A DNA stretch of 64,000 bases from Malacoraja senta (lineage: Eukaryota). The stretch spans positions 6,326,001 to 6,390,000 of the forward strand of contig CM075992.1 in the NCBI GenBank assembly GCA_038087875.1, given 5' to 3'. Made by a program: the position numbers and the translations under genes. Each line of letters starts with the position of its first letter. Position 1 is the first letter of the stretch. This document shows positions 1-12,900 of this stretch, one piece after another. Under the pieces are notes generated by a model. The model saw only the letters and a list, made by a program, of their open reading frames with translations, did no database searches and was not told the DNA's origin.

Positions 1-830
1 GGTCCGCAGACAACAACCTCCAGCTTAATACTTTAAAAACCTTAGAAATCATCATAGATTTCAGACGCAAACAAAACCTCAAACCCCCGGTCCATGTCAA
101 CTCCCATCCCATAACCTCCACGAACTCATTTAAGATTCTGGGCACCTATATCTGCAATAATCTAAAATGGCACATCAATGCAGACCACATCATCAAGAAA
201 GGACAACAATGCCTATACTTCCTCAGACAGCTCAAAAAGTTCACAGTCCACAAACACCTCCTGGTCCGCTTCTATCAATCCATCATTGAAAGCATCATCA
301 CCTCCTCAATCACAGTCTGGTACCGAAACACTGACAGTCACTCACTACACAGAATACAGCGCATTGTCTCCAAGGCCTCTAGGATCATCAACTCTCCCCT
401 CCCCCCAATCCATACCATTTACCTCCAACGTACCTCAAAACGGGCAATAAAGATCATCTCGGACCCCTCCCATCCAGCAAACCACCTTTTCCAGTCTCTC
501 CCTTCAGGGAGGCGCCTTAGGTCACTTGCTACAAAATCCACCCGCTTTAAAAACAGTTTCTTCCCCTCAGCAATAAGAACACTCAATTCCCTCCAATAAC
601 AGACAATACTAAGGACTTTTGATGTATACAGTGTCTTGTCTATGGTCTTTGTCTGTTCTTTTGCACTATGTATTGTTGGTGTGATTTGTGATGTGGTATG
701 GATGCGCTTTATTACTATGATCTGTGTTGTTATTAGTGTTAATGTGACTAAAGCAGTGTACCATCATGTACCGAACCCAAATACCACCATCCCTGGTCGT
801 GTGGCAAATAAAGATTCTATCTATCTATCT
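1..830 (+). mobile_element. 3' end of a Rex1/Babar-type non-LTR retrotransposon (RT C-terminus, 3' UTR and tail)
   Basis: Frame 3 is open from 3 to 599 (no Met, so absent from the ORF track): ...NNLQLNTLKTLEIIIDFRR...FKILGTYICNNLKW...KKGQQCLYFLRQLKK...DPSHPANHLFQSLPSGRRLRS...TRFKNSFFPSAIRTLN*. It is followed by AATAAA and a (TCTA)n tail at about 807-830. Confidence 0.85.
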
Positions 831-1180
831 AACCTGTCCTATCCATGTACCTGTCTAACTGTTTCTTAATGGTTGGGATAGTCCCTGCCTCAACTACCTC
901 CTCTGGCAGCTTGTTCCATACACCCACCACCCATTGTGTGAAAAAGTTACCCCTCAGATTCCTATTAAATCTTTGCTCCTCCACCTTGAACCTATGTCCT
1001 CTGGTCCTCGATTCCCCTACTCTGGGCAAGAGATTCTGTGCATCTACCCGATCTATTCCTCTCATGATTATGTACACCTCTATTAGATCACCCCTCATCC
1101 TCCTGCGCTCCATGGAATAGAGACCCAGCCTACTCAACCTCTCCCTATAACTCAGACGACCCTCTAGTCCTGGCAACAAC
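831..1180 (-). mobile_element. CR1 LINE 3' fragment
   Basis: The minus-strand translation LSYRERLSRLGLYSMERRRMRGDLIEVY...RTRGH...FFTQWVVGVWNKLP is the CR1 ORF2 C-terminus. Confidence 0.85.
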
Positions 1181-2154
1181 CTTACCGTCAAGCTATGCCC
1201 TCTTGTGGCTTTCAAGTGACTTTGGTGCAAGCTTAGAATATCAGAACATTTTGCAATTGCTGTGAGTATACAAAGAAGAGCAGAGAACTTGAAAACAAGA
1301 AATGGGCGCATACCATGCAGCCACTTGCTCATTACCTGCATTCAATCAACTCGTGGCTGATTTTAATTTTTATTATTTTCTGCCTTATCTGCTATTTCCC
1401 TTTATTTTGTTGATGTGTAATATCTATTGATGTTGATCTTGAATGCACTCGATGTCTGAGCAACTAGCCCTCTGTAGCTAGTGAATCCCAGAGAATCACC
1501 ACCCTCAGAGTGAAGGGGTTTCTTCTCTTCTCAATACCGAATGGTTGACCCTTTATTGTGAAACTGTGATACCACTGCTGGAGGAAGTATTAATCCTGCC
1601 TTTAACTCTGACAAACCTGTAAGAATTTGAGTGATTCTGTGTCTTTCAATGATCCTTTCTCATTCATGTAAATTGAAGCGAGTATTGGCTCTTTTTCTTG
1701 CCTTTCCTGTAGGATTTTCCTCTGTCCCATCAAGTTCCAGGAATCAATCTGTGAGCCTATGCTGCATTTCCTCTGTAGCAAGTACATCCTTAAATGGGGA
1801 GACCACATCTGTACACTATTTCGAGTGCAGTCGTGCGAGGAAAATTATTTTGATGACTGAACAAAAATTTGTTCCAAATGAGCACTTCTGAATACAGATT
1901 ATCTCAATGCTTTATCTGCAATCTTGTCCACAAGCTTGCTTCCACATGTTCCTGCGCTGTAGCAATGACAGCATTTGTCTCTGACGTCCTGGAGCATTAG
2001 TGCTTTTGCACGAATAGCAGGTTGTTTGATTCTCTTTCGAATACCTGGAATCTCTGTCTTGCATTAGGAAAATTCCTGATGAGTTACATCTGCGTAAGTC
2101 CAGTAGTTTAGTACAACTGTACAAAAGCAATGGGCAATTATGGACCCCATCCTT

Positions 2155-2482
2155 CAATAGACAATAGGTGCAGGAGTAGGCCATTCGGCCCTTCGAGCCA
2201 GCAGCGCCATTCAATGTCATCATGGCTGATCATCCCCAATCAGTACCCCGTTCCTGCCTTCTCCCCATATCACCCGACTCCGCTATCTTTAAGAGCCCTA
2301 TCTAGCTCTCTCTTGGAAGCAACCAGAGAACCTGCCTCCACCGCCCTCTGAGGCGGAGAATTCCACAGACTCACCACTCTCTGTGAGAAAAAGTGTTTCC
2401 TCGTCTCCGTTCTAAATGGCTTACTCCTTATTCTTAAACTGTGGCCCCTGGTTCTGGACTCACCCAACATCGGGAACATGTT
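2155..2482 (-). mobile_element. CR1 3' end (host element, 3' part), split by a nested insertion
   Basis: Has an AATAGACAATAG tail and encodes RTRGHSLRIRSKPF on the minus strand. The sequence resumes seamlessly at 6282. Confidence 0.85.
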
Positions 2483-5400
2483 GAGAAAGTCGTGAATAGC
2501 ACGTACAGCGAGTTGGTCACACCGCAGGTAAAAGGTAAGAGGACAGAAAGGGAACGGGTGGCCAATAGCCAGCAAAGCAGTAGGCAGGTAGTGCAGGAGT
2601 CCCCTGCGGTCATCTCCCTCCTAAACATGTATACCATTTTGGATACTGTTGGGGGAGATGGTTCATCAGGGGAAGGCAGCAGCAGCCAAGTTCATGGCAC
2701 CATGGGTGGCTCTGCGGCACAGGAGGGGGGGAAAAAGAGTGGAAGGGCAATAATAATAGGGGATTCAATTGTAAGGGGAATAGATAGGCGTTTCTGCGGC
2801 CGCAAACGAGACTCCAGGATGGTATGTTGCCTCCCTGGTGCAAGGGTCAGGGATGTCACTGAACGGCTGCAGAACATTCTGGAGGGGGAGGGTGAACAGC
2901 CAGTTGTTGTGGTGCATATTGGCACCAACGATATAGGTAAAAAAAGGGATGAGGTCCTACAAGGTGAATTTAGGGAGCTAGGAGATAAACTTAAAAGTAG
3001 GACCTCAAAGGTAATAATCTCTGGATTACTACCAGTGCCACGGGCCAGTCAGAGTAGAAATAGGAGGATATTGCAGATGTATATGTGGCTTGAAAAATGG
3101 TGCAAGGGGGAGGGATTCAAATTTTTAGGGCATTGGAACCAGTTCTGGGGGAGGTGGGACCAGTACAAACAGGACGGTCTGCACCTGGGCTGGAATGGAA
3201 CCAATGTCCTTGGGGGAGTGTTTGCTAGTGCTGTCGGGGAGGATTTAAACTAATGTGGCAGGGGGATGGGTGCAAGAGCAGAGAGGCAGGGGGGTGTAAA
3301 ATGAGGGTAGAAGCAATAGGTAGCAAGGTGAAAAGTAAAAGTGGCAGGCAGACAAAACCTGGGCAAAAATCAAAAAGGGCCACTTTTCAACATAATTGTA
3401 TAAGGGGTAAGAGTGTTGTAAAGACAAGCCTGAAGGCTTTGTATCTTAATGCAAGGAGCATTCGTAATAAGGTGAATGAGTTGAATGTGCAGATAGTTAT
3501 TAATGAATATGATATAGTTGGGATCACGGAGACATGGGTCCAGGGTGACCAAGGTTGGGAGCTGAGCATTCAGGGATATTCAATATTCAGGAGGGATAGA
3601 CAGAAAGGAAAAGGAGGCGGGGTAGCGTTGCTGGTTAGAGAGGAGATTAACGCAATAGAAAGGAAGGACATTAGCTTGGAGGATGTGGAATCGATATGGG
3701 TAGAGCTGCGAAACACTAAGGGGCAGAAAACGCTAGTGGGAGTGGTGTACCGGCCACCTAACAGTAGTAGTGGAGTTGGGGATGGCATCAAACAGGAAAT
3801 TAGAAACGCGTGCAACAAAGGTAAAACCATTATAATGGGTGACTTCAATCTACATATAGATTGGGTGAATCAAATTGGCAGGGGTGCTGAGGAAGAGGAT
3901 TTCTTGGAATGTATGCGGGATAGTTTTCTAAACCAACATGTAGAAGAACCAACGAGAGAGCAGGCTATTCTAGACTGGGTATTGAGTAATGAGGAAGGGT
4001 TAGTTAGCAGTCTTGTTGTGCGTGGCCCCTTGGGCAAGAGTGACCATAATATGGTTGAGTTCTTCATTAGGATGGAGAGTGACATTGTTAATTCAGAAAT
4101 AAAGGTCCTGAACTTAAAGAAAGGTGACTTTGAGGGTATGAGACGTGAATTGGCCAAGATAGACTGGCCAATGATTCTTAAAGGGTTGACGGTGGATATG
4201 CAATGGAAGGCATTTAAAAACTGCATGGATGAACTACAACAAGTGTTCATCCCATGTTGGCAAAAGAATAAATCAGGGAAGGTAGTGCATCCGTGGATAA
4301 CAAGGGAAATCGGGGATAGTATCAAAACAAAAGAGGAAGCCTACAAATTAGCCAGAACAAGCAGCCTACCAGAGGACTGGGAGAAATTCAGAGTCCAGCA
4401 GAGGAGGACAAAAGGCTTAATTAGGAAAGGGAAAATAGATTATAAAAGAAAACTGGCAGGGAACATAAAAACTGACTGCAAAAGTTTTTATAGATATGTC
4501 AAGAGGAAAAGATTAGTTAAAACAAATGTAGGTCCCTTGCAGTCAGAAACAGGCGAATTGATCATGGGGAACATGGACATGGCAGACCAATTGAATAATT
4601 ACTTTGGTTCTGTCTTCACTAAGGAAGACATAAATAATCTCCGGAAATAGCAAGGGACTGGGGGTTAAATGAGATGGAGGAACTGAGTGAAATCTAGGTT
4701 AGCCGGGAAGTGGTGTTAGGTAAATTGAATGGATTAAAGGCCAATAAATCCCCAGGGCCAGATAAGTTGCATCCCAGAGTACTTAAGGAAGTAGCCGCAG
4801 AAATAGTGGATGCATTAGTGATAATTTTTCAAAACTCTTTAGATTCTGGAGTAGTTCCTGAGGACTGGAGGGTAGCTAATGTAAAAGGGAGGGAGAGAGA
4901 AAACGGGGAATTACAGACCAGTTAGTCTAACATCGGTGGTGGGGAAAATTCTGGAGTCAGTTATTAAAGATGGGATAGCAGCACATTTAGAAAGTGGTGA
5001 GTTCATTGGACAAAGTCAGCATGGATTTATGAAAGGTAAATCATGTCTGACGAATCTTATAGAATTTTTTGAGGATGTAACTAGTTGTGTGGATAAGGGA
5101 GAACCAGTGGATGTGTTATATCTGGACTTTCAGAAGGCTTTCGACAAGGTCCCACATAAGAGATTAGCATACAAACTTAAAGCACATGGTAATGGGGGTT
5201 CAGTATTGATGTGGATAGAGAACTGGCTGGCAGACAGGAAGCAAAGAGTAGGAGTAAACGGGTCCTTTTCAGAATGGCAGGCAGTGACCAGCGCAAGGCT
5301 CAGTGCTGGGACCCCAGCTATTTACAATATATATTAATGAGCTGGATGAGGGAATTGAATGCAACATCTCCAAGTTTGCGGATGACATGAAGCTGGGGGG

Positions 5401-6281
5401 CAGTGTTAGCTGTGAGGAGGATGCTAGGAGGCTGCAAGGTGACTTGGATAGGTTGGGTGAGTGGGCAAAGGCATGGCAGATGCAGTATAATGTGGATAAA
5501 TGTGAGGTTATCCGCTTTGGTGGCAAAAACAGGAAAGTAGACTATTATCTGAATGGTGGCCGATTAGGAAAAGGGGAGATGCAACGAGACCTGGGTTTCA
5601 TGGAACACCAGTCATTGAAAGTAGGAATGCAGGTGCAGCAGGCAGTGAAGAAAGCAAATGGTATGTTAGCATTCATAGCAAAAGGATTTGAGTATAAGAG
5701 CAGGGAGGTTCTACTGCAGTTGTGCAGGGTCTTGGTGAGACCACACCTGGAGTATTGCGTACAGTTTTGGTCTCCTAATCTGAGGAAAGACATTCTTGCC
5801 ATAGAGGGAGTACAGAGAAGGTTCACCAGACTGATTCCTGGGATGGCAGGACTTTCATATGAGGAAAGACTGGATAGACTCGGCTTGTACACGTTGGAAT
5901 TCAGAAGACTGAGGGGGGATCTTATAGAAACTTACAAACTTCTTAAGGGGTTGGACAGGCTAGATGCAGGAAGATTATTCCCGATGTTGGGGAAGTCCAG
6001 AACTAGGGGTCACAGTTTAAGGATAAGAGGGAAGACTTTTAGGACCGAGATGAGGAAATCATTTTTTACACAGTGGTGAATCTGTGGAATTCTCTGCCAC
6101 AGAAGGTAGTTGAGGCCAGTTCATTGGCTATATTTAAGAGTGAGTTAGATGTGGCTAAAGGGATCAGGGGGTATGGAGAGAAGGCAGGGATGGGATACTG
6201 AGTTGAATGATCAGCCATGATCATATCAAATGGCGGTGCAGGCTCGAAGGGCCGAATGGCCTACTCCTGCACCTATTTTCT
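2483..6281 (+). mobile_element. 5'-truncated, frameshifted CR1 LINE (SGNH-esterase ORF1 plus APE-RT ORF2)
   Basis: ORF1 runs to 3253 with the esterase motifs GDSIVRG, HIGTND and DGLH. ORF2 starts at 3253 with APE motifs (YLNARSI, GITETW, GDFN, SDH). The RT motifs YLDFQKAFDKVPH and KFADD are split across frames (breaks near 4650, 4880, 5290, 6070). The 3' tail reads CCTATTTTCTATGTTT. Confidence 0.95.
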
Positions 6282-6549
6282 ATGTTTCCTGCCTCTAGCG
6301 TGTCCAAGCCCTTAACAATCTTATATGTTTCAATGAGATTCCCTCTCATCCTTCTAAACTCCAGAGTGTACAAGCCCAGCTGCTCCATTCTATCAGCATA
6401 TGACAGTCCCGCCATCCCGGGAATTAACCTTGTAAACCTACGCTGCACTCCCTCAATAGCAAGAATGCCCTTCCTCAAATTAGGGGACCAAAACTGCACA
6501 CAATACTCCAGGTGTGGTCTCACTAGGGCTCTGTACAACTGCAGAAGGA
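6282..6549 (-). mobile_element. CR1 fragment (host element, 5' part)
   Basis: The minus strand encodes YRALVRPHLEYCVQFWSP...LDTLEAG, contiguous with 2155-2482. Confidence 0.85.
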
Positions 6550-6645
6550 TCAGAACTTCCTGAGGGTGGGGTCCATAATCTGTTGCCGCCTGGATCTGTT
6601 TTGCCCATTTCTCGTCTCCAGTTCACCCTCTCCCCATCTATCAGT

Positions 6646-6673
6646 CTGAAGAAGGGTTCCGACCCGAAACGTC
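6646..6673 (+). ncRNA. Minimal hammerhead-ribozyme-like motif in a Penelope-derived repeat (representative copy)
   Basis: CTGAAGA-A-GGGTT CC GACCC-GAAA-C-GTC, i.e. CUGANGA / stem II / GAAA / NUH. Confidence 0.55.
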
Positions 6674-9365
6674 ACCTATTCCATTTCTCCTGACCCGCTG
6701 AGTTACTCCAACATTTTGTGTTTATCTTCTGTACAAAGGCACGGTTTGATTTTGTTAATACATTAATTGTAGACAACGGTCCATTTATTCTTTACAAAAT
6801 ATCTCCTATCTATTAATTTGAAAGGTTTCCCAACATGCTAATCACATTCCCCAGATGATGGAATAGACAGGTCGACATCGCTAGTATTTGTTTATAGGAA
6901 ATGGGCCAAGTAAATGTTAGTTAACTAGGTTTTGTCATTTATTTGAAATTTAATGGATCTATGTTCCTCCCATTACTTAATGATCAGGAAGTGATTTGGA
7001 GATATATAAAATCCATATTGTTTTGGAGAGCATTTATTAAAGAAACCACTGTTCTGCATTAGATGTTATCTCGGCCAGTTGTTTAAAACAACTCTAAGCT
7101 GTGTATTACTACAACTCCCCATTACTTTCATTTGAATGACTTTCAATGCTATTCAAAAGGCCTTGACCTAATTAGAAAAGCGAATAATTATTACACTAAG
7201 ACCCACAATAGAAATATTAATACACAGATCCATGCAGAGACCCCAGTGTGATTCAGCTGCACTGCCAGTAATTCTATTTGTCAGATGCTGTCAGGTGGCT
7301 AGAAAAGATCCTATGGGTTTAATACAAAGAGGAGCACTGTTGTTCTTACTGGTACTAAACAATGTTTATCCCCGGTACACAAAAATGCTGGAGAAACCCA
7401 GCGGGTGCAGCAGCATCTATGGAGCGAAGGAAATAGGCAACGTTTCGGGCCGAAACCGTTCTTCAGACCCAGTTTTTTAAAATTCAGAAATAAAACAACA
7501 GATTTGTTTTTGGAAGTAACCTGTGAACGAATTACTTGGCTCATAACGTGACCGGATTTCAAAAATATATCAGTACTTTAGTGATTTTTACATAAGACAT
7601 GAAAGGTGGCTTCAAAATCTTTCTTTATCCGCAGAAGAAGATTAAACAGATCTTCTGTTTAATCTGAAATCCATTACCCAAACATAGCTTCTGGCCTTTA
7701 TTGCAAGGAATAGCATTACGTCATTTTAAAGGTAGACAAAAATGCTGGAGAAACTCAGCAGGTGAGGCAGCATCTATGGAGCGAAGGAATGGGTGACGTT
7801 TTGGGTCGAGACCCTTCTTCAGACATTTTTAAGGTTATTTTTCTTTTGCATATTTTCTGAGTGAGCGCTGAGGTGATTAAGGGCAAGGAATAAATAATTC
7901 CTCTTACTTGTGGTATCTGGCACTTTTGGATCAGGCTTGCAATTGACCGGGTATATTTTTCCCTGTCAAATCTTTTAGACAAAACTCTAATTACCACCTC
8001 TCTTTTTTTCAATTTCATTTAACTGCGATCAATACTGTATTACTTTACAAAACAGTTTTCATTTATATAGAAGATAGACACAAAAAGCTGGAGTAACTCA
8101 GCGGGACATGCAGCATCTCTGGAGAGAAGGAATGGGTGATGTTTTGGGTCGAGACCCTTCTTCAGACTGAGGTTTCAGACACTGTTAACATGGATTTAGG
8201 CAATCTTGTTTGACAAATGTGTTGGAATGTTCTAAATTTGTACCAAGTAGAATAGATAAAGGGGGAGCATCGATGGTTGTGGTTTGCATGTACTTTCAGA
8301 AGGTTGTTGATGAGATTTCACACACGGTTATTGAACAGATTTAGAGTGAAACCAGCATCTGTAGTTCCTTGTGTCTCTAGAGCAAGATACTAACGTACTT
8401 GTAATGGGTTAATGAAAAGTCGGCATAAATAGGTCACCTTTGGGTTAGGAGGCTGGGATTAGTGGGGTACCATGGGAAGATGCTGGGGCCCCAACTGTTC
8501 ACAATCTGTCAATGATTTGGATGATGGAATCATGTAAACATTGTCATTGCTTTGCATATCTATCATTCATTTGTTCTATATCTCTATATCGCCATCTAAA
8601 TCTCTATATCACCATCTATATCTCTCAGCTCCATATTTATATATAGCTCCATAGATGCTGCCTCACCCTCTGAGTTTCTCAGCATTTTTGTCTACCGATT
8701 TTTCCAGCATATGCAGTTCTTTTTAAAATATCTATATCTCTCATTTCCCTTTTCCCCAACTGTCAGTCTGTAGAAGGGTGTAGACCTGAAATGTCACCTA
8801 TTCCTTTTCTCCAGAGATGCTGCCTGACCCGCTGAGTTATTCCAGCTTTTTGTCTATCTTGTAAAAAATATAAGCAGGTTTGTAGATGATAAAAGGTTGG
8901 GTAGCAGTGTGCATTATGAAGAGAATGCAGAAACCTCTGGGTTATAGATAGGTTAAGTGCGAGAAAGCAAGGACATGTCAAATGGAATATAATGAAGCAA
9001 AACATGTCCTTTTTGTTAGAAACAATGCAGTAATCTTAAGTAGTGAGAGACTGAAATGTGTTAGTGTTAATGAGACTTTGGTGTCTTTGTATGTGTATTA
9101 CTGTAAATTAATATGCACTTACAATAATTAATTAGGAAGCACAGCACATGTTATTATTTGGTGTAAGAGCATTTGATAAAAAGAATTGATTAATCTTACA
9201 TCAACATACTAAATCATACTGAGTGTGCCTAGAATATTGTGTACAGCTCAGGTCTTACTATCCAAGAATGAATAAAGGGTGTGCTATGAACAATTGTCAA
9301 ATTGATTGCTGGGTCAGAGGGTTTCTCTCGTGTGGAGAGACCAGATGAGCTGGGTCTGTGCTAAA

Positions 9366-9776
9366 TTAGAATTTAGAAGGATGAGAGGGTATCTAATTGA
9401 AACATATAAGATTGTTAAGGGTTTGGACACGCTAGAGGCAGAAAACATGTTCCCGATGTTGGGGGAGTCCAGAACCAGGGGCCACAGTTTAAGAATAAGG
9501 AGTAAGCCATTTAGAACGGAGACGAGGAAACACTTTTTCTCACAGAGAGTGGTGAGTCTGGAATTCTCTGCCTCAGAGGGCGGTGGAGGCAGGTTCTCTG
9601 GATGCTTTCAAGAGAGAGCTAGATAGGGCTCTTAAAAATAGCGGAGTCAAGGGATATGGGGAGAAGGCAGGAACGGGGTACTGATTGGGAATGATCAGCC
9701 ATGATCACATTGAATGGCGGTGCTGGCTCGAAGGGCTGAATGGCCTACCCCTGCACCTATTGTCTATTGTCTATTT
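9366..9776 (+). mobile_element. Young CR1 3' fragment within older, decayed CR1 sequence
   Basis: Encodes LEFRRMRGYLIETYKI...RTRGHSLRIRSKPF and ends in a (CTATTGT)n tail. Confidence 0.8.
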
Positions 9777-10890
9777 AAGAAGTGATCTTATGGAACATAA
9801 CCTTTTTGATACACTAGTGCAAAGTTAACATTTGCCCTGATGTGATTTCTTTGAACCAGTGGTCACAATGTGAAAATAAGTACTCATCCATTCAGGGCTG
9901 TGGAGAGTTGTATTTTAAAAAAAAGCCTTTCCCCAGAGAGCAGTGAGCTTTTGGAGTTTTCCACCAAGAATCGTGGACATCTGTTCACTGAGAATACACA
10001 GTGGAAAATAATTGCCTGATTTTATTTTTTTGATATTTGGGAATATGTGGTTAGTGCATGAAAGTGACAGTTAAAAGATCAGCCGTGTTATAATTAAGGT
10101 AGACAAAAGTGCTGGAGAAACTCAGCGGGTGCAGCAGCATCTATGGAGCGAAGGAAATAGGCAACCTTTCGGGCCAAAACCCTTCTTCAGACTTAAGTGC
10201 TGGAGTAGGGGCAGGGGGCTGAATGACCATCCTCTGCTTCTGTTTAAGATGGACACAAAGTGCTGGAGTGACTCAGTGGGTCAGACAGCATCTCTGGAGA
10301 AAATGGATAGGTGATGTTTCAGGTTGGGACCCTTTTTCAAACAGACTGCTTCTCTTCTGAAGAGACCCAGTCTGAAGAAGGGTCTCGATCCGAAATATCA
10401 CCCCTTCCATCTATCCAGAGATGCTGCCTGTCCCGCTGAGTTGCTCCAGTATTTTGTGTCTATCTTCTGCCTCTCTTCCTCTGCTTCTGTTTCTTGTGCT
10501 TGTGATGTGCCAGCGATGTTAATTTGAAGTCTGCACGCTGCACAAAATGTTAGTTCACTGAATGAAGCAGCAACGTAAAACGGGTTAATTCTTACTGCAA
10601 ATTAACAAGCAGGTGCAACACATCATTAGAGAAAACAGAGTATGTGAACATCTGTAAGAGTAATTAAGTACAAGAGTATAAATCTACAGTAACTATATAG
10701 GATCCTGCTGAATATGTCTGGAATATTGTGCGCCGGTCTGGCCTTATTATCTTTTGAAAGACATATTTAGGAAAGAAAGGTGCATAGTGAACAATTGTCA
10801 GATTGATTCCTGGATTAGAGGGTCTATCGTGTGTGGAGAGACTAGATAGACTGGGCCTATGTTTATTTAGACAGTCTCTTGCTTTTGTAG

Positions 10891-10997
10891 CTCCACTCCC
10901 AATGGAAGCGATTGAGAGAATGGCTGCTCTGTGCATGAAGGACCTCGATGAAGACGGCAGTGACGATGATGTGGACGATGATGATGCAGACTTGATG
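10891..10997 (+). CDS. CC2D1A: CC2D1A coding exon (first in window; N-terminal acidic region)
   Basis: ttttgtag|...|gtaaag. Encodes (A)PLPMEAIERMAALCMKDLDEDGSDDDVDDDDADLM, closer to CC2D1A PLPMEAIEKMASLCM than to CC2D1B. Phase 1 to 0. Confidence 0.9.
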
Positions 10998-11102
10998 GTA
11001 AAGATATTTTCTCATGAAATTTTTGATTTGTTTTGCCTGAGCTGAAGTCCAATTCTGGTTTTCATTGTTTTCTGTGGCCCTACACCATTAAAAAATAAAA
11101 TG

Positions 11103-11420
11103 GGCAGTACATTGGCGTAACAATAGAGTTGCTGCTTAATAACGCCAGAGACCTGGGTTCGATTCTGGCTACGGCTGCTGTCTGTACGGAGTTTCCACGT
11201 TCTCCCCGTGACCGTGTGGGGTTTCTCCCGTTGCTCTAATTTCCACTCGCATTCCAATGATGTACGGGTTTGTAGATTAATTGGCTTTGATAACAATTGT
11301 GATTTATCCCTCATACGTACAACAGTGCTAGTGTGGGGGGTGATTGATGGTCGCCGCGGACTTGGTGGGCCTAAGGACCGATTTGCGCACTGCATCTCTA
11401 AAGTAAAGTCTAAATTAAAA
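11103..11420 (+). mobile_element. tRNA-derived V-SINE (HE1-like)
   Basis: B-box GGTTCGATTC, V-domain-like GAGTTT..CGTTCTCCCCGTG..GTGGGGTTTCTCC, and a CR1-like 3' tail ending in TAAAG/CTAAA repeats. Confidence 0.75.
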
Positions 11421-12807
11421 TAAAGGACAGATCTATGATTGAAACTTCAGGTCTCAGCAGAATGGCGGCAATGTTATCTGCAAATGTACATGGATCGTTA
11501 AATATTCAACCTGGGAATTTTAAAAAACTTTTGAAACCAAATAGGCTAATGAGCTAGTTATACTTGATTTCCAACAGGATAGTTATTGATTCGGCGCACA
11601 CCTTGTGGGCTGAAGGACCTGTTCCTGTGCTATAATGTTCTGTTCTAAAACCTGCACATTACAGCAAAGGCGTCCTGTATTTTGTGTTTAAATAAGGCAC
11701 ATCTTATATCTGATTCATCTGTACATGCAGAAGCCTGCGGTCGTGCTGGTGTGATTACCATTGTCTTGCTCAACATTTTCCCATCGAAACTTAAGAGCCT
11801 TTTATATCCCTGTTAGTTGGGCTAATAACAGAAATACCTCGGTGATTTAGAAAACTGGGTGTCTGATTAATAATTTATCAGTTTGAATCTAAGTGTTTGT
11901 TTGACTACAGGTGTTAAAATATTCATGTGCAATGCTGCCAACCTCCCTTGTACCATGTAGAAAGGAGCTGCAGATGCTGGTTTATATCAGTATAAAAAAT
12001 ACCAAATCTGGCATTTTGTATCTACCTTGTACTATAACAGTTTGCCACATGTTATATCTCTTTGTATTGAAGAATAATGGGTTTTTTTGCAGCACAAATG
12101 TTTAGGGAGAATGGATTTAAATAATCCCAATTAGCACTACATTCTGAAGTGGCAGTCGAGTACAATAGGGAGGCATGACAGCTGCTACCTACTGCGTAGA
12201 CATGTCAAATCCATCGTTGAATCTTTGCTGTTCCTCGCTTTGCCTTTGTTGCACCATGCTGTTAATATGCATCCTGTCTATCATTATGCTTTTCACAGCC
12301 ATTTGCGATTCCCTTTCTTTCAATGTATAGGAAGGAACTGCAGTTGCTGGTTTAAACCGAAGATAGACGCGAAAAGTTGGAGTAACTCAATGGTACAGGC
12401 AGCATCTCTGGAGAGAAGGAATAGGAGACTTTTCAGGTTGAGATCTGTCTGAAGAAGGGTCTCGACCTGAAATATCACCCATTCCTTCTCCAGAAATGCT
12501 GCCTGTTCTGCTGAGTTACTCTAGGATTTTGCGTCTATCTACAAGTATATCGTTCCTGAAATAGGAAGACCAGATACATAAGAGAGTACAAAGTACAGCT
12601 GATAGTACTCCAGCTTTTTGGGTCTATCTTCCCTTTCTTTTAATGTTCTCTACCTTGGATTTTGTTTAAATAGCTGTGATTTGCTGTCCTGGGCATTACT
12701 GCTGCAGAGACAGCCAAGAGCTGGCAATTTTATGAAATCCAGTCACATGTTTGAATTTAGATAATTCTGCGTAATTTTAGACTATCTTAAAGTTACTATT
12801 TTTCCAG

Positions 12808-12900
12808 GCAGAATTGAATGAAGTGCTTGAAGATGATGAACCAAGTATGAATGTCACTCAACCTGCAGAAACTAAACCTACGCCTGACAGAATTTCACAG
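12808..12900 (+). CDS. CC2D1A: CC2D1A coding exon
   Basis: tttccag|...|gtagat. 93 nt, encodes AELNEVLEDDEPSMNVTQPAETKPTPDRISQ. Confidence 0.9.

Noticed and set aside
10803..11045. ORF MIPGLEGLSCVERLDRLGL...PLPMEAIER as the gene start
   Set aside because: The N-terminal part is a decayed CR1 fragment that happens to be in frame. A good acceptor at 10890 defines the exon.
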